Source: Paludibacteraceae bacterium (GTDB lineage: Bacteria > Bacteroidota > Bacteroidia > Bacteroidales > Paludibacteraceae). Taken from it: DNA of 64,000 bases. Below the pieces are notes generated by a model. That model did no database searches. It saw nothing but the letters and a program-made list of their open reading frames with translations, and had not been told where the DNA came from. A program made the translations under genes and the position numbers. The DNA lies in assembly GCA_017454915.1 (NCBI GenBank), contig JAFTCC010000064.1:91322-155321 (forward strand), read 5' to 3'. Positions 19,127-29,794 of this stretch are shown here, piece after piece; position 1 is the stretch's first letter, and every line of letters begins with the position of its first letter.

Positions 19127-21190
19127 ATGAGTAAACAATTCAAACGCACTACTGTTACCGCCGCTCTTCCATACGCCAACGGACCTGTTCACATTGGACA
19201 CATGGCAGGCGTGTATGTACCTGCCGACATCTATGTCCGCTACCTCCGTCTTAAGGGCGAGCCTGTTGTGTTCATCTGCGGCAGCGACGAACACGGAGTG
19301 CCCATCACCGTGCGCGCACGCAAAGAGGGATGCACACCACAAGACGTGGTGGACCGCTATCACAGCATAATCAAACAAGCGTTCAAAGACGCAGGCATAA
19401 GTTTCGACATATACAGCCGCACCACCTCAGAGCAGCATCACAAAACAGCCTCTGACTTCTTCCGCAAACTATACGAGAAAGGCGAGTTCATTGAGCAGAC
19501 AACCGAGCAATACTACGACCCTGAGGCAAAGCAATTCCTTGCCGACCGGTATATCGTAGGCGAATGTCCGCGCTGCCATAGCCAAGGCGCATACGGCGAC
19601 CAGTGCGAAAAATGCGGCTCTACGCTCTCTCCCGAAGAACTCATAAATCCCGTTAGCAAATTATCGGGGGCAAAGCCCGAAAAACGTCCTACCAAGCACT
19701 GGTATTTGCCTCTTGACCGCCATGAAGGATGGCTTCGCAAGTGGATACTCGACGACCACAAGGAATGGCGCAGCAACGTTTACGGGCAGTGCAAATCATG
19801 GCTTGACCTCGGGCTGCAGCCGCGCGCCGTGAGCCGCGACCTTGACTGGGGCATACCCGTGCCAGTAGAAGGTGCGGAGGGCAAGGTGCTCTACGTGTGG
19901 TTTGACGCACCGATAGGCTACATCAGCAACACGCAGGAAATGTGTGCCGCTAACCCGGAAAAATACGGTTCGTGGGAACAATGGTGGAAAGACCCGGAAA
20001 CACGCCTCGTGCACTTCATCGGGAAAGACAACATCGTGTTCCACTGCATAGTGTTCCCTGCCATGCTCAAGGCCGAGGGTTCATACATACTGCCTGACAA
20101 CGTGCCTGCCAACGAGTTTCTCAACCTTGAGGGCGACAAGATTTCAACATCGCGCAACTGGGCCGTATGGCTTCATGAATACCTCGCAGACTTCCCCGGC
20201 AAAGCGGACACGCTGCGATATGTGCTTACAGCCAATGCGCCTGAAACCAAAGATAACGACTTCACGTGGAAAGACTTCCAAGCACGCCACAACAACGAAC
20301 TGGTGGCTGTGTTCGGAAACTTCATCAACAGGGCTATGGTGCTCACACACAAGTACTTCGAAGGCAAGGTGCCGCAGCACGGTGAACCAACAGACTACGA
20401 CATGGCAACTCTCAACGAGTTTGCAGACGTAAAAAGCCGCTTGGAAGGCTATCTTGACACCTTCCGCTTCCGTGAAGCGCAAAAAGAGGCTATGAACCTC
20501 GCGCGTATCGGCAACAAATACCTCGCCGACACCGAGCCGTGGAAACTCGCCAAGACAGACATGAAACGAGTAGCCGCGATACTTAACATGAGCCTTCAGA
20601 TAGCAGCCAACCTCGCCATAGCCTTTGAGCCATTCCTGCCGTTCAGCGCGGCAAGACTACGCAAAATGCTGGGCATGAATGACTTCAAGTGGGAACAACT
20701 CGGTCAAACTGCCTTACTGCCCGACGGCTCTGAACTTGGCAAGACCGAACTGCTGTTCGAGAAAATAGAGGATGACGCCATAGAAGCCCAAATAAAACGC
20801 CTGGCAGACATCAAAGAGCAAAACCGCGCCAACGAATTCAAACCAGCGGAAATCAAGGCTCCGACAAGCATTGAGGAGTTCGACAAGATGGACATCCGTG
20901 TGGCAAAAGTACTCGAATGCCAAAAAGTGCCAAAAGCCGACAAACTGCTGCAGTTCACCCTTGACGACGGCACCGGCACACCGCGCACCATATTGAGCGG
21001 TATAGCCAAGAGTTATCCCGAGCCTGAAAAACTCGTAGGAATGCAGGTGCTGTTCATCGCCAACTTCCCGCCACGCAAACTACGCGGCATAGAAAGCCAA
21101 GGCATGATATTGTCTGCCGTTGACGCCGACGGGCAACTTGTGCTCGTGCAGCCGTCACGCGAAGTAAAAAACGGAGTGCAAGTGGGATAA
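19127..21190 (+). CDS. metG: methionine--tRNA ligase
   Basis: [11 protein letters not shown] (HIGH), KISTSRNW (KMSKS), a Cys-rich zinc knuckle CPRCHS...CEKCG, and a C-terminal tRNA-binding domain. Confidence 0.95.
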   Translation: MSKQFKRTTVTAALPYANGPVHIGHMAGVYVPADIYVRYLRLKGEPVVFICGSDEHGVPITVRARKEGCTPQDVVDRYHSIIKQAFKDAGISFDIYSRTTSEQHHKTASDFFRKLYEKGEFIEQTTEQYYDPEAKQFLADRYIVGECPRCHSQGAYGDQCEKCGSTLSPEELINPVSKLSGAKPEKRPTKHWYLPLDRHEGWLRKWILDDHKEWRSNVYGQCKSWLDLGLQPRAVSRDLDWGIPVPVEGAEGKVLYVWFDAPIGYISNTQEMCAANPEKYGSWEQWWKDPETRLVHFIGKDNIVFHCIVFPAMLKAEGSYILPDNVPANEFLNLEGDKISTSRNWAVWLHEYLADFPGKADTLRYVLTANAPETKDNDFTWKDFQARHNNELVAVFGNFINRAMVLTHKYFEGKVPQHGEPTDYDMATLNEFADVKSRLEGYLDTFRFREAQKEAMNLARIGNKYLADTEPWKLAKTDMKRVAAILNMSLQIAANLAIAFEPFLPFSAARLRKMLGMNDFKWEQLGQTALLPDGSELGKTELLFEKIEDDAIEAQIKRLADIKEQNRANEFKPAEIKAPTSIEEFDKMDIRVAKVLECQKVPKADKLLQFTLDDGTGTPRTILSGIAKSYPEPEKLVGMQVLFIANFPPRKLRGIESQGMILSAVDADGQLVLVQPSREVKNGVQVG

Positions 21191-21283
21191 TCCACTTAAC
21201 CTATTGACAATTTTACAATTAAAACATGTGGGGACGCGGATGTCACATCCGCGCAGAACCGTAAGCCTGTCAAACAGAGAAAT

Positions 21284-22738
21284 ATGACACCGCAACACAA
21301 AATCATAAAATTCGCCCTTGCCGCGGCACTCTTGACTGCACTGCTGTTTATGCCGTCGTGCAACGATATCACACGCGACACGGTGTATATTCCCGAGGGG
21401 CCTGAAACGCAGCCTAAAGACGGCGGGCACGACGAGAAGTGGCTGTTTGACATGGATGCCGTGCCTATGATCACCATCAGCGTAACGCGCGAAAATTGGG
21501 AACAGTTTCTGAAGAACTGCGACGAGGACATCAACAACGACATTTACGTTCCTGCCGCTTTCGACTTTGACAAGAACGGCGAGCACTATCATCGCGACAG
21601 CGTGGGATTAAGGCTTAAGGGCAACACGTCGCGGCGCCGACCCGAAGGAGTTACCGGAGAACCGCACAACCCATATAATCCCGACTGGCACCACTGCCAC
21701 TTGGGAATAAGATTCAACGAATACGCCACCGGCAGCCGCTTCTGCAAGACCGACCGCATCGTGCTCAAGTGGTTTAAGGACGACGGCACGTATTGCCGCG
21801 AGGTGTACGCTTACGACCTTATGCAACGCTTCGGCGTATGGGTAGAGCCGCTGGTCAGCTACACACGGGTAACACTGAATGTGGAGGGAGACGCAAAACC
21901 TGCCTATCTCGGCGTTTTCGCCATGATAGAAGGCGTGCACAAAGGCTACATCAAGACCCGCAAACGTAACGGGCAGCTGCCTGACACTATTTGCAACCTG
22001 TGGAAATGCTCATGGGGGGCAGACCTGTCGAACATGAACACCGCCGACATGGGAATTGAAACGCCAAACTTCCATCCGCTCTACGACCTTAAGACCAACA
22101 AGGAGAACCTCAACGCCGCCAAACAACAACTGGCTTCGTTCATCAACAACATGGTACCCCTCAAATCGGGTTCAGCCGAACTGAAAGCCTATCTGGAACA
22201 GAACATGGATATCGACCAGTTCCTGCGCGCGCTTGCTGTCAACTGCATCATTGGCTCGTGGGACGACTATTGGCGGAGTGCCAACAACTACTACTGCATG
22301 TTTGACAGCCGAGGCAAGTTTTACTACATACCTTTCGACCTTGACAACGTGCTCGGTACATCGCAGGGCATCAACTCCGGCACGCAGGACTTGCTCAACT
22401 GGGGAAGCCGTGGCGGCGACCGTATGCTGGTTAGGAAAGTGCTGTCAATAAAAGAGTATGAGAACCAATACGTAGCCTATCTACACGAACTGGCAGACAC
22501 AGAAAAGGACCTCTTTGCGCCCGAAAAGTCTATGATGCGAATTAAGCGCTGGCAAAACATGATTGCCGCATATATCGACAACGACACCGGCGAGGACACA
22601 CAATTCAAAGACGAACCGGCTTGGTGGGCTGAATGCGGATTCTATAGGTTGCTCTCTGGCAATGACAAAGGCGGGAAACAAGGCGATGCCAACTTCTTCA
22701 AGACACGCGTCGCCAATCTGCCGCAACTGCAGCAATAA
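21284..22738 (+). CDS. CotH-family protein (lipoprotein)
   Basis: Lipobox LLFMPSC. DDYWRSANNYYCMFDSRGKFYYIPFDLDNVLG resembles the CotH kinase core. Confidence 0.65.
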   Translation: MTPQHKIIKFALAAALLTALLFMPSCNDITRDTVYIPEGPETQPKDGGHDEKWLFDMDAVPMITISVTRENWEQFLKNCDEDINNDIYVPAAFDFDKNGEHYHRDSVGLRLKGNTSRRRPEGVTGEPHNPYNPDWHHCHLGIRFNEYATGSRFCKTDRIVLKWFKDDGTYCREVYAYDLMQRFGVWVEPLVSYTRVTLNVEGDAKPAYLGVFAMIEGVHKGYIKTRKRNGQLPDTICNLWKCSWGADLSNMNTADMGIETPNFHPLYDLKTNKENLNAAKQQLASFINNMVPLKSGSAELKAYLEQNMDIDQFLRALAVNCIIGSWDDYWRSANNYYCMFDSRGKFYYIPFDLDNVLGTSQGINSGTQDLLNWGSRGGDRMLVRKVLSIKEYENQYVAYLHELADTEKDLFAPEKSMMRIKRWQNMIAAYIDNDTGEDTQFKDEPAWWAECGFYRLLSGNDKGGKQGDANFFKTRVANLPQLQQ

Positions 22739-22799
22739 GCTTTCAGAGCAGCGACAAAATCAGGACATTTAATCATTAACTTCTAAATAAAAACTTATT

Positions 22800-23528
22800 A
22801 TGAAAGATTTAGCAAAGTATGGTATCATAGGCTTGAGCATCGTGCTGTTCGCCTACATCATCGGCAAAGCGTTTACCTACCGCTACCGCACACAAGACAC
22901 AATAGCCGTTACAGGACTTGGTGAAGAAGCCTTTACGTCAGACCTCATCGTCTGGAAGGGCACCATCTCTGTCAAAGACCGCGACAAACAAGCAGGCTAC
23001 ACAAAAATCGCAGCCGCGCACAAAGTTGTCGCCAACTACCTCAAATCGCAAGGACTACCCGACAAAGCCGTAACATTCAACTTTGTGGAGAGCCGTGAGC
23101 GCACCTACAGCAAATATGAAGAAGGCAAATATGTAGGCCAGTATTTCCTCGACTACTGCCTTGAGCAGGACTTCACTGTCGAGTCCAACGACGTTGAACT
23201 CGTGGAGAACATCTCGCGCGACATATCATCACTGCTCTCACGCGGCATAGACCTTGACATCCGCCGCCCGAGCTACTACTACACCAAACTTGACGACGTA
23301 AAGCAACAGCTCATAGAAAAGGCGTCAAAAGACGCCCTCGAGCGCGCCACCAACATTGCCACCAATGCCGGAGCTAAAATAGGCAAACCGGCTTCAGCAC
23401 GCCTTGGAGTGTTCCAAATCACGGATGCGCTCGGAGAGGACGAATATGACTATGGCGGAACATTCAACACCACAAGCAAGGAGAAAAAAGGACGCATTAC
23501 TATCCGCGTCGAATATCGCATTAAATAA
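22800..23528 (+). CDS. SIMPL/DUF541-like membrane-anchored protein
   Basis: 242 aa with an N-terminal TM. The overall pattern resembles SIMPL-domain proteins. Weak call from memory. Confidence 0.45.
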   Translation: MKDLAKYGIIGLSIVLFAYIIGKAFTYRYRTQDTIAVTGLGEEAFTSDLIVWKGTISVKDRDKQAGYTKIAAAHKVVANYLKSQGLPDKAVTFNFVESRERTYSKYEEGKYVGQYFLDYCLEQDFTVESNDVELVENISRDISSLLSRGIDLDIRRPSYYYTKLDDVKQQLIEKASKDALERATNIATNAGAKIGKPASARLGVFQITDALGEDEYDYGGTFNTTSKEKKGRITIRVEYRIK

Positions 23529-23537
23529 AATCGCGTC

Positions 23538-24602
23538 ATGTCAAGCAACAACTATTGCATCATCATGGCAGGCGGCATCGGAAGCCGGTTTTGGCCATTC
23601 AGCCGCAACAGCTATCCCAAGCAGTTTCTTGACTTTTTCGGCACGGGGCGCTCACTGCTGCAAATGACTTTTGACCGCGTGTTGCCTTTGATTCCAGCCG
23701 AAAACATCTACGTAGTCACCAACAAGGACTACCGTAACCTCGTCATCAAACAACTGCCGCACATCAGACCCGAAAACGTGCTGTGCGAGCCAGCAAGACG
23801 CAACACCGCGCCATGCATAGCCTACGCCGTAGGATACATCAACGGGAAAACCGACAAAGCCAACATACTCGTGGCAGCGTCAGACCACCTGATAACCGAC
23901 GAGAAGGCGTTTATCGACACCATTGCAAAGGGCTTTGACTTTGTCAGCAAAAACGACTGCCTGCTCACACTCGGCATGAAACCCACACGCTATGAAACCG
24001 GATACGGTTACATCAAGATGGGGGCAGAACATAACGCAGATGGAGGACACGAAATCGCGAAAGTGGAGCAATTCACCGAGAAACCAGACCTTGAGCACGC
24101 CAAACTATTTGTGGACAGCGGACAATATGTCTGGAACTCTGGAATGTTCCTTTGGAACCTGCAAACCATCAACCGCGCATTCGAAAAGTATCTGCCAGAA
24201 GTATATGAGTTCTACACGTGCGAGCATTTCGGCATTGACGACTACATCGACAAGATGTTTCCCGAGTGCCCGTCAGTCAGCATCGACTACGGCATCATGG
24301 AGAAAGCCGACAACGTGTGCGTGCTGCCCAGCGACTTCGGCTGGTCAGACCTCGGCACGTGGGGCTCGCTCTACGACCTGTCGGACAAAGACGACAATGG
24401 CAATGTAACCCTCAAATGCGAAACGCAGTTCTACAACGCCAACGGCAACATAGTAACACTTGCGGACGGAAAACTCGCCGTAATTGACGGTTTGAAGGAT
24501 TACATCGTAGCTGAACAGGGCAATGTGCTGCTCATCTGCCCAAAGGCAAACGAACAGCGAATAAAAGAATTTGTTGCCAATGCCGGCGAAAAGTACAAGT
24601 AA
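23538..24602 (+). CDS. manC: mannose-1-phosphate guanylyltransferase
   Basis: IMAGGIGSRFWPFSR and GYGYI. 354 aa, the form without the isomerase domain. Confidence 0.85.
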   Translation: MSSNNYCIIMAGGIGSRFWPFSRNSYPKQFLDFFGTGRSLLQMTFDRVLPLIPAENIYVVTNKDYRNLVIKQLPHIRPENVLCEPARRNTAPCIAYAVGYINGKTDKANILVAASDHLITDEKAFIDTIAKGFDFVSKNDCLLTLGMKPTRYETGYGYIKMGAEHNADGGHEIAKVEQFTEKPDLEHAKLFVDSGQYVWNSGMFLWNLQTINRAFEKYLPEVYEFYTCEHFGIDDYIDKMFPECPSVSIDYGIMEKADNVCVLPSDFGWSDLGTWGSLYDLSDKDDNGNVTLKCETQFYNANGNIVTLADGKLAVIDGLKDYIVAEQGNVLLICPKANEQRIKEFVANAGEKYK

Positions 24603-24624
24603 CTAACAGAAAGCATTAAATTTT

Positions 24625-24668
24625 CAACGGTGTTTTAACGGCCGTTAAACGTCGTTAGAACACCGTTG
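24625..24668 (+). terminator. long hairpin downstream of manC
   Basis: CAACGGTGTTTTAACG ... CGTTAGAACACCGTTG forms a 16-bp stem with one mismatch. It is followed by TTT. Confidence 0.5.
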
Positions 24669-24697
24669 TTTAACCATTCCAGTTAACACCTAAAGTC

Positions 24698-25012
24698 ATG
24701 AGCATACTGTTCCCAAAACTCAACAAACCACGTGAGTGGGACTACCGCCCCATCTACTACGACCCTGAAAAAGAACGCCGCAAAGAGCGTCTGCGCGAGC
24801 TGCAGGAAGAACGCCGAGAACGTGAACTGGTAAGCGGGGAGCGCAAATCGGAAGCTGATGGAGAATACCACCACACCCTCGAGCGAGGCAGCTTCAGACG
24901 AGCCGCCACACACCGCGAAAGCCAGCGCGTCAACGAGAACAGGAAAACTAACATCAGGTTTCTAATCATACTGCTTGCACTGCTCCTCATGGCTTTCTTC
25001 TTCTGGCTCTAA
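24698..25012 (+). CDS. hypothetical tail-anchored protein, R/E-rich
   Basis: 104 aa. It has a charged ERRKERLRELQEERRERE segment and a C-terminal TM (FLIILLALLLMAFFFWL). No recognised family. Confidence 0.4.
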   Translation: MSILFPKLNKPREWDYRPIYYDPEKERRKERLRELQEERRERELVSGERKSEADGEYHHTLERGSFRRAATHRESQRVNENRKTNIRFLIILLALLLMAFFFWL

Positions 25013-25049
25013 ATTTAATGGGGAACAATATGTAACCCTCACTTTTAAC

Positions 25050-26864
25050 GTGGACATAATTCATCTGCTGCCTGACACTGTCGCCAACCAAATCGCAGCC
25101 GGCGAGGTTGTGCAACGCCCTTCATCGGTCCTCAAAGAACTGGTGGAGAACAGCCTTGATGCCGGAGCGCAACATATTGACATCATTGTCAGCGACTCTG
25201 GCAAGACACTGCTTCAGGTTGTTGACGACGGCAAGGGCATGAGCGCGACTGACGCACGCATGGCGTTTGAACGGCACGCCACAAGCAAGATAAGCACTGC
25301 GGCAGACCTCTTCAACCTGCAAACGATGGGCTTCAGGGGTGAAGCGCTTGCATCTATTGCGGCAGTGAGCCAAGTGAGCATGACAACGCGCCGCAAAGAA
25401 GACGAATTGGGAACTAAACTGGAGATGGCTGGCGCGGAAGTCATAGCACAAGACTACTGCCAATGTCCTGTAGGAACATCCATCGCTGTAAAAAATCTGT
25501 TTTTCAATACTCCGGCGCGTAGACGGTTCATGAAGACCAACTCTACGGAACTCAAAAACCTCTATCAGGACTTCTACCGCATCGCGCTGGTGTACCCTAA
25601 AGTGCATTTCACATTCACCAGCAACGGCGAGTGCGTCTATAATCTTGAGCCTTGCACCACACGTCAACGCATTGTTCAACTGCTGGCAAAAATTGGAAAA
25701 TGCGACTTCAACGACCAACTGCTAACTGTTGACACCGAAACTGAACTCATAAGCATTAAGGGCTATGTGAGCAAACCTGAAGCAGGTCAAAAAAACGCAT
25801 ACCAGTACCTGTTTGTCAACGGGCGTTATATGCGCCACCCCTATTTCCACAAAGCCATCATCAACGCCTACCAAGGCCTGCTTGGGGCAGACAGCCAACC
25901 TCACTACTTCATCTATTTCACAATAGCGGCGCACGACATTGACGTCAACATACACCCCACAAAAACAGAAATCAAATTTGCCGACGAGCAAGCCATTTGG
26001 CCCCTGCTCTATGCCGCAGTGCGCGAAACGTTAGGAAAATTCGACGCGCGCCCGAGCCTTGATTTCGACCAGACCGACGCGCCTGTCATACCGGTGTTAG
26101 ACCGAGAACAAAAGTCGCGGCTCACTATGCCTACAACAGGATACTCAGGCTATAATCCTTTTGAGCCACACGGGCACACCGGAAGACAACAAGACAGCGG
26201 CTATCAGAAGCGCAACTGGCAACAAGAGAGCAACCTGAAGCACTGGCAAGACCTCTACGAGGGTTTTGAGAGCCGCAGTAAAGGTGAAGACGAAGGACTG
26301 CTGCCCGACGACGGCATCACGCTCGTTGACCAAGTGGCTAACCGATGGCTGATGTGCAAGACCGCCGACGAACTTGTGCTGATAGACCAGCACAGAGCGC
26401 ACACACGGGTACTCTACGACAACTATATTGCCACACACGGGCAGCAACACACATCACAGCAGCTGCTTTTCCCTGAACTTTGGCAACTCAATGCCGACAC
26501 TGCTGCCATTGTCCGAGAAATGCTTGACGAGATAAAGTCGCTCGGCTTTGAACTGCAAAAATTCGGCACCACAGCATTCAGCGTCACTGCCGTACCTGCC
26601 GAACTGGGTGACAACAACCCCATCAGCGCACTTAACAACATACTCAACAATGCGACGGGCGAAAACGCGCTAATGACACGTAACGAAGCCATAACACTCG
26701 CACTGGCGAACTCAGCAGCGATTAGTGCCGGCAAAAAGTTATCAACCGAACAAATGCAACAACTGCTGCGCGACTGGCTCAAATGTCCGCAAAAAGCAAT
26801 AACTCCTGACGGGAAACCAACATTAACGACTATCACATTCGACGAAATTGCAAGAAAATTGTGA
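25050..26864 (+). CDS. mutL: DNA mismatch repair protein MutL
   Basis: IHLLPDTVANQIAAGEVVQRP and LVENSLDAG are GHKL ATPase motifs. I prefer the GTG start at 25050 (VDIIHLL) because the ORF-track start at 24975 adds a non-MutL extension. Confidence 0.9.
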   Translation: MDIIHLLPDTVANQIAAGEVVQRPSSVLKELVENSLDAGAQHIDIIVSDSGKTLLQVVDDGKGMSATDARMAFERHATSKISTAADLFNLQTMGFRGEALASIAAVSQVSMTTRRKEDELGTKLEMAGAEVIAQDYCQCPVGTSIAVKNLFFNTPARRRFMKTNSTELKNLYQDFYRIALVYPKVHFTFTSNGECVYNLEPCTTRQRIVQLLAKIGKCDFNDQLLTVDTETELISIKGYVSKPEAGQKNAYQYLFVNGRYMRHPYFHKAIINAYQGLLGADSQPHYFIYFTIAAHDIDVNIHPTKTEIKFADEQAIWPLLYAAVRETLGKFDARPSLDFDQTDAPVIPVLDREQKSRLTMPTTGYSGYNPFEPHGHTGRQQDSGYQKRNWQQESNLKHWQDLYEGFESRSKGEDEGLLPDDGITLVDQVANRWLMCKTADELVLIDQHRAHTRVLYDNYIATHGQQHTSQQLLFPELWQLNADTAAIVREMLDEIKSLGFELQKFGTTAFSVTAVPAELGDNNPISALNNILNNATGENALMTRNEAITLALANSAAISAGKKLSTEQMQQLLRDWLKCPQKAITPDGKPTLTTITFDEIARKL

Positions 26865-26883
26865 TAATAAGACTGAATAACTC

Positions 26884-27735
26884 ATGAACATCCTCATCAC
26901 CGGCTGCAACGGCCAACTGGGCACCGAAATGCGGCTGCTTTCTGAAAAACATCAAAGACATAATTTTTTCTTCACCGACGTTGCTGAACTTGACATCACC
27001 GACCGCAATGCCGTAACAAAATTCGTCAGCGACCATGCTATAGACCTCATAGTTAACTGTGCCGCTTTCACTGCCGTTGACCGCGCCGAAAGCGAAGAAG
27101 AACTTGCCGGACGCATTAACGCTGATGCAGTCGAGAACCTCGGCGTAGCGGCTCAAACGAACGGCGCAAAAGTCATACATGTTTCAACAGACTACGTATT
27201 TAGCGGCGACCAATGCACGCCATACCGTGAGACGGACATCCCGCATCCCACCGGAGCATACGGACGCACAAAACTTGAGGGAGAACGACGGCTGCAAGAC
27301 GTGTGTCCAGATAGCATAATCATACGCACCGCATGGCTCTACTCGCCTTGGGGCAATAACTTCATGAAGACCATGCTCCGCCTCGGCAAAGAGCGCGACA
27401 GCCTTAACGTCGTTTATGACCAGATAGGCACGCCCACAACGGCTCTGGACCTCGCAAGGGCGATTTACGCCGTGATAGAGGCACCTGAGTTTCATGCGGG
27501 CATATACCATTTCACCAACGAAGGCGTTTGTAGCTGGTATGACTTCACGCGCGCTATACACCAACTTGCGGGCATCGAATGTGACGTGCAGCCCATACGT
27601 TCAGAGCAGTACCCCACCCCCACCAAGCGACCAAACTACAGCGTGCTCGACAAGGCTAAAATCAAAAGAACTTACGGCATCTGCATACCGCACTGGCATG
27701 ACGCACTGCGTGAAACTCTTCAACGCTGCCAGTGA
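26884..27735 (+). CDS. rfbD: dTDP-4-dehydrorhamnose reductase
   Basis: MNILITGCNGQLG, STDYVF and YGRTK (YxxxK). 283 aa. Confidence 0.9.
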   Translation: MNILITGCNGQLGTEMRLLSEKHQRHNFFFTDVAELDITDRNAVTKFVSDHAIDLIVNCAAFTAVDRAESEEELAGRINADAVENLGVAAQTNGAKVIHVSTDYVFSGDQCTPYRETDIPHPTGAYGRTKLEGERRLQDVCPDSIIIRTAWLYSPWGNNFMKTMLRLGKERDSLNVVYDQIGTPTTALDLARAIYAVIEAPEFHAGIYHFTNEGVCSWYDFTRAIHQLAGIECDVQPIRSEQYPTPTKRPNYSVLDKAKIKRTYGICIPHWHDALRETLQRCQ

Positions 27736-27763
27736 TATTCAAAACTTTCGCATAGTCACATAA

Positions 27764-28239
27764 TTATTTTATTTTTCCCAGATTGATATGCCAACTTATA
27801 TTTTTGTCGCAATCTTTTACCGAGCCAAAAAATGGAGCCAATAATGCATTAATGCCTCCTTTGGAAGGATCAAAGTCGTAAACATCTTCTGCAATTGTAT
27901 CTCCATTGCTGTCTTCTTTGAAATTATAGATTGTAATATCTGTGCCCTTAAACCCAAATCGGTCATTAGACCGACAAGTTTGGGTCAGTGCTTACAAAAA
28001 GTAGTCTATTATTGTCTTTTTTGTTTCTTTTTGGCTTATTTTTGCTTTTTGCTCGGTCATTATGCCCGCATAACTCCCTCGTTCAAAGACAAAAATCCGC
28101 TCAAAAATAATTCAAAAAATCCTAATAATTCTAATGACCGATTTGGGTTAAACTTAGAGCTGTCATTGGGGGCATTATATCTGTCCAATTTACATGATTT
28201 ATTAGCGTGGAGCGGACACGACACGACGGACGGGCACAA
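27764..28239 (-). pseudogene. small ORF split by a MITE-like insertion
   Basis: The minus-strand frame ...CKLDRYNAPNDSSKF (right of the element) joins in frame to KGTDITIYNFKEDSNGDTIAEDVYDFDPSKGGINALLAPFFGSVKDCDKNISWHINLGKIK* (left) once the element and one TTAAA copy are removed. Confidence 0.35.
27953..28147. mobile_element. MITE-like non-autonomous element (195 bp)
   Basis: 17-bp perfect terminal inverted repeats CCCAAATCGGTCATTAG (27953-27969) and CTAATGACCGATTTGGG (28131-28147). They are flanked by a direct TTAAA repeat (27948-27952 and 28148-28152). No coding capacity. Confidence 0.6.
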
Positions 28240-28261
28240 TATGTCGTGCCCCTTCTAACAC

Positions 28262-28296
28262 AAAAAAACTCGACCGCAAAGCAGTCGAGTTTTCTT
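28262..28296. terminator. bidirectional hairpin terminator
   Basis: CTCGAC...GTCGAG stem (28269-28274 and 28284-28289) flanked by an A-run upstream and a T-run downstream. It serves minus-strand gene 28314-28733. Confidence 0.5.
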
Positions 28297-28313
28297 TGTG
28301 ATTAACTATTGGA

Positions 28314-28733
28314 TTAGTCAAGTTCAACTTTCCAACCGTCATCATACTCGCAGGTGAGGCGTTTGCCATTCTTTGAGATTTTGAAGCGGCTATACCATGT
28401 TCCTACATCAGCACCCTCATCGGTGTCGTCAGTATAATAGAAAACACCTTCGAGAACTTTCCAAGTACCAGTCATAAGAACGTCCTCTACGTCGCCTTTC
28501 TTAACTTCGCGGCGGGTCTCTGAATAGTAGAATGCATAGGTTTTGTCAGCATTGATGTTAGCTGCAAGCCATTTGCCATTGTCTTCGTCAGGTGAAGAGA
28601 TTTTACCTTTGAAGAAACCTTTCTCAATGAGAGCAGCTTCAAGTTCCTCATCGGTCATGTCAGATGTGTTGTCGCAAGCGGTGAAAGCAAACATCGCAGC
28701 GAAAACGAGCATAAGTGAAAAAAACTTTTTCAT
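28314..28733 (-). CDS. hypothetical lipoprotein
   Basis: Signal peptide with lipobox MKKFFSLMLVFAAMFAFTAC. 139 aa. Confidence 0.6.
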   Translation of the reverse strand: MKKFFSLMLVFAAMFAFTACDNTSDMTDEELEAALIEKGFFKGKISSPDEDNGKWLAANINADKTYAFYYSETRREVKKGDVEDVLMTGTWKVLEGVFYYTDDTDEGADVGTWYSRFKISKNGKRLTCEYDDGWKVELD

Positions 28734-28752
28734 TGTTGTTAAATATTAGTTA

Positions 28753-29169
28753 TTATTTAAGTCTTTTCTTAACTTGTTGTTTTTCGGCTTCCTTAGCTTC
28801 TTGGGCAGCTTTTTCAGCTTCAGCCTCTTTGTTTTGGATGCCTTGACGGATGTCACCACTGGTCTTAACAGCTGCTTCCTTAACCTCTACAGCTGCTTCT
28901 TTAACTTCTTCAACAGCGGTTTTGGTTGTTTCTTCTACTTTTGAAGCGGCTTTTTTAGTCGTTTTAACGGCTTGTTTAACCTCTTCTACTACTGCGGGAG
29001 CCTCTTCGGCAACTTCCTCTACTGCGGCTGCAATAGTGTCAACTGCCTCTACGGGAGCGACTTCAACGCTGTCTTTTGCTTCGCCTTCACCTTCGGCTTT
29101 CTTGCCGGGGCAGGCTACGAGGGTGAGTGCCAACGCAAACACACCTGCGAAAAATAGATTTTTCTTCAT
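28753..29169 (-). CDS. hypothetical lipoprotein, A/E/K/V-rich low-complexity
   Basis: Lipobox LTLVAC. Repetitive EEV/KEAAVEVKEAAV segments. Confidence 0.55.
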   Translation of the reverse strand: MKKNLFFAGVFALALTLVACPGKKAEGEGEAKDSVEVAPVEAVDTIAAAVEEVAEEAPAVVEEVKQAVKTTKKAASKVEETTKTAVEEVKEAAVEVKEAAVKTSGDIRQGIQNKEAEAEKAAQEAKEAEKQQVKKRLK

Positions 29170-29240
29170 AACGTTATGGTTTAAAAATAAAGAATAAAGC
29201 CAATAAAAGAAAGACAGATTATTGCTGTCAAAATCAAGCG

Positions 29241-29248
29241 CAAAATTA
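29241..29248 (-). promoter_or_regulatory. Bacteroidetes -7 promoter box (TAATTTTG on minus strand)
   Basis: The plus strand reads CAAAATTA, 72 nt upstream of the ATG at 29169. Confidence 0.4.
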
Positions 29249-29362
29249 CATTATTTTTTTGATATTGCAAAATTTTTATAGGCATTTTTATGTTTTTCAA
29301 CATATTTTACCTAATTTTGCTACAATGCCGAACACTCGGCGATAATAAATCTTTTTAACACC

Positions 29363-29794
29363 CTAATTACTATCGCTCTTATTGAACAGGATAAAGCGTT
29401 TTGCGACAAAATTATATAATGTTACGAGCACTGTGGCAGCCATGTTGCAGAAAAAATTGCGGGGCATGAGCATTAGCGTTTCAGATTGTGGCATTATCCT
29501 GATAAACACCCACATCAGGCCGTTCATGATGAGCACTCCGACCAATCCTATGCAAAGGTATATAAATGGTTCTGCCACTGACCCTGCCATACGCCGCTGC
29601 TGGAATATCCACGTGATGGAAAAAAAGTATGTTATAGCCAACCCGGTCAGGAATGCCACTGTTGTTGCCACATAAACATTGATGCCAAGCCAGTAATGCA
29701 TGGCATAGAAAAGCATTTTATCAACTGCGGTGGCGAGCATGCCGCTCACGCTATAGCGCAGGAACTGGTGCCATATCGGGATATTATCGCTCAA
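29363..29794 (-). CDS. GtrA-family membrane protein
   Basis: 143 aa with four TM segments. FLRYSVSGMLATAVD N-terminus is typical of GtrA. Confidence 0.75.
   Translation of the reverse strand: MSDNIPIWHQFLRYSVSGMLATAVDKMLFYAMHYWLGINVYVATTVAFLTGLAITYFFSITWIFQQRRMAGSVAEPFIYLCIGLVGVLIMNGLMWVFIRIMPQSETLMLMPRNFFCNMAATVLVTLYNFVAKRFILFNKSDSN

Noticed and set aside
24975-25049. ORF-track start of mutL at 24975
   Set aside because: It adds 25 residues unlike any MutL N-terminus and overlaps the preceding small gene. The GTG at 25050 gives the canonical (M)DIIHLLPDxVANQIAAGEV start.
27953-28147. Reading the 195-bp repeat-bounded segment as an invertible promoter (it contains a TATTTTTG box on the minus strand at 28102-28109)
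   Set aside because: The flanking TTAAA direct repeats, and the in-frame restoration of the surrounding ORF on excision, point to a transposition event. There is no nearby recombinase and no downstream intact gene to regulate.
27980-28258. 92-aa plus-strand ORF
   Set aside because: It lies mostly inside the MITE-like element, is low-complexity and F/L-rich, has no promoter or homology-like features, and ends in a hairpin region.
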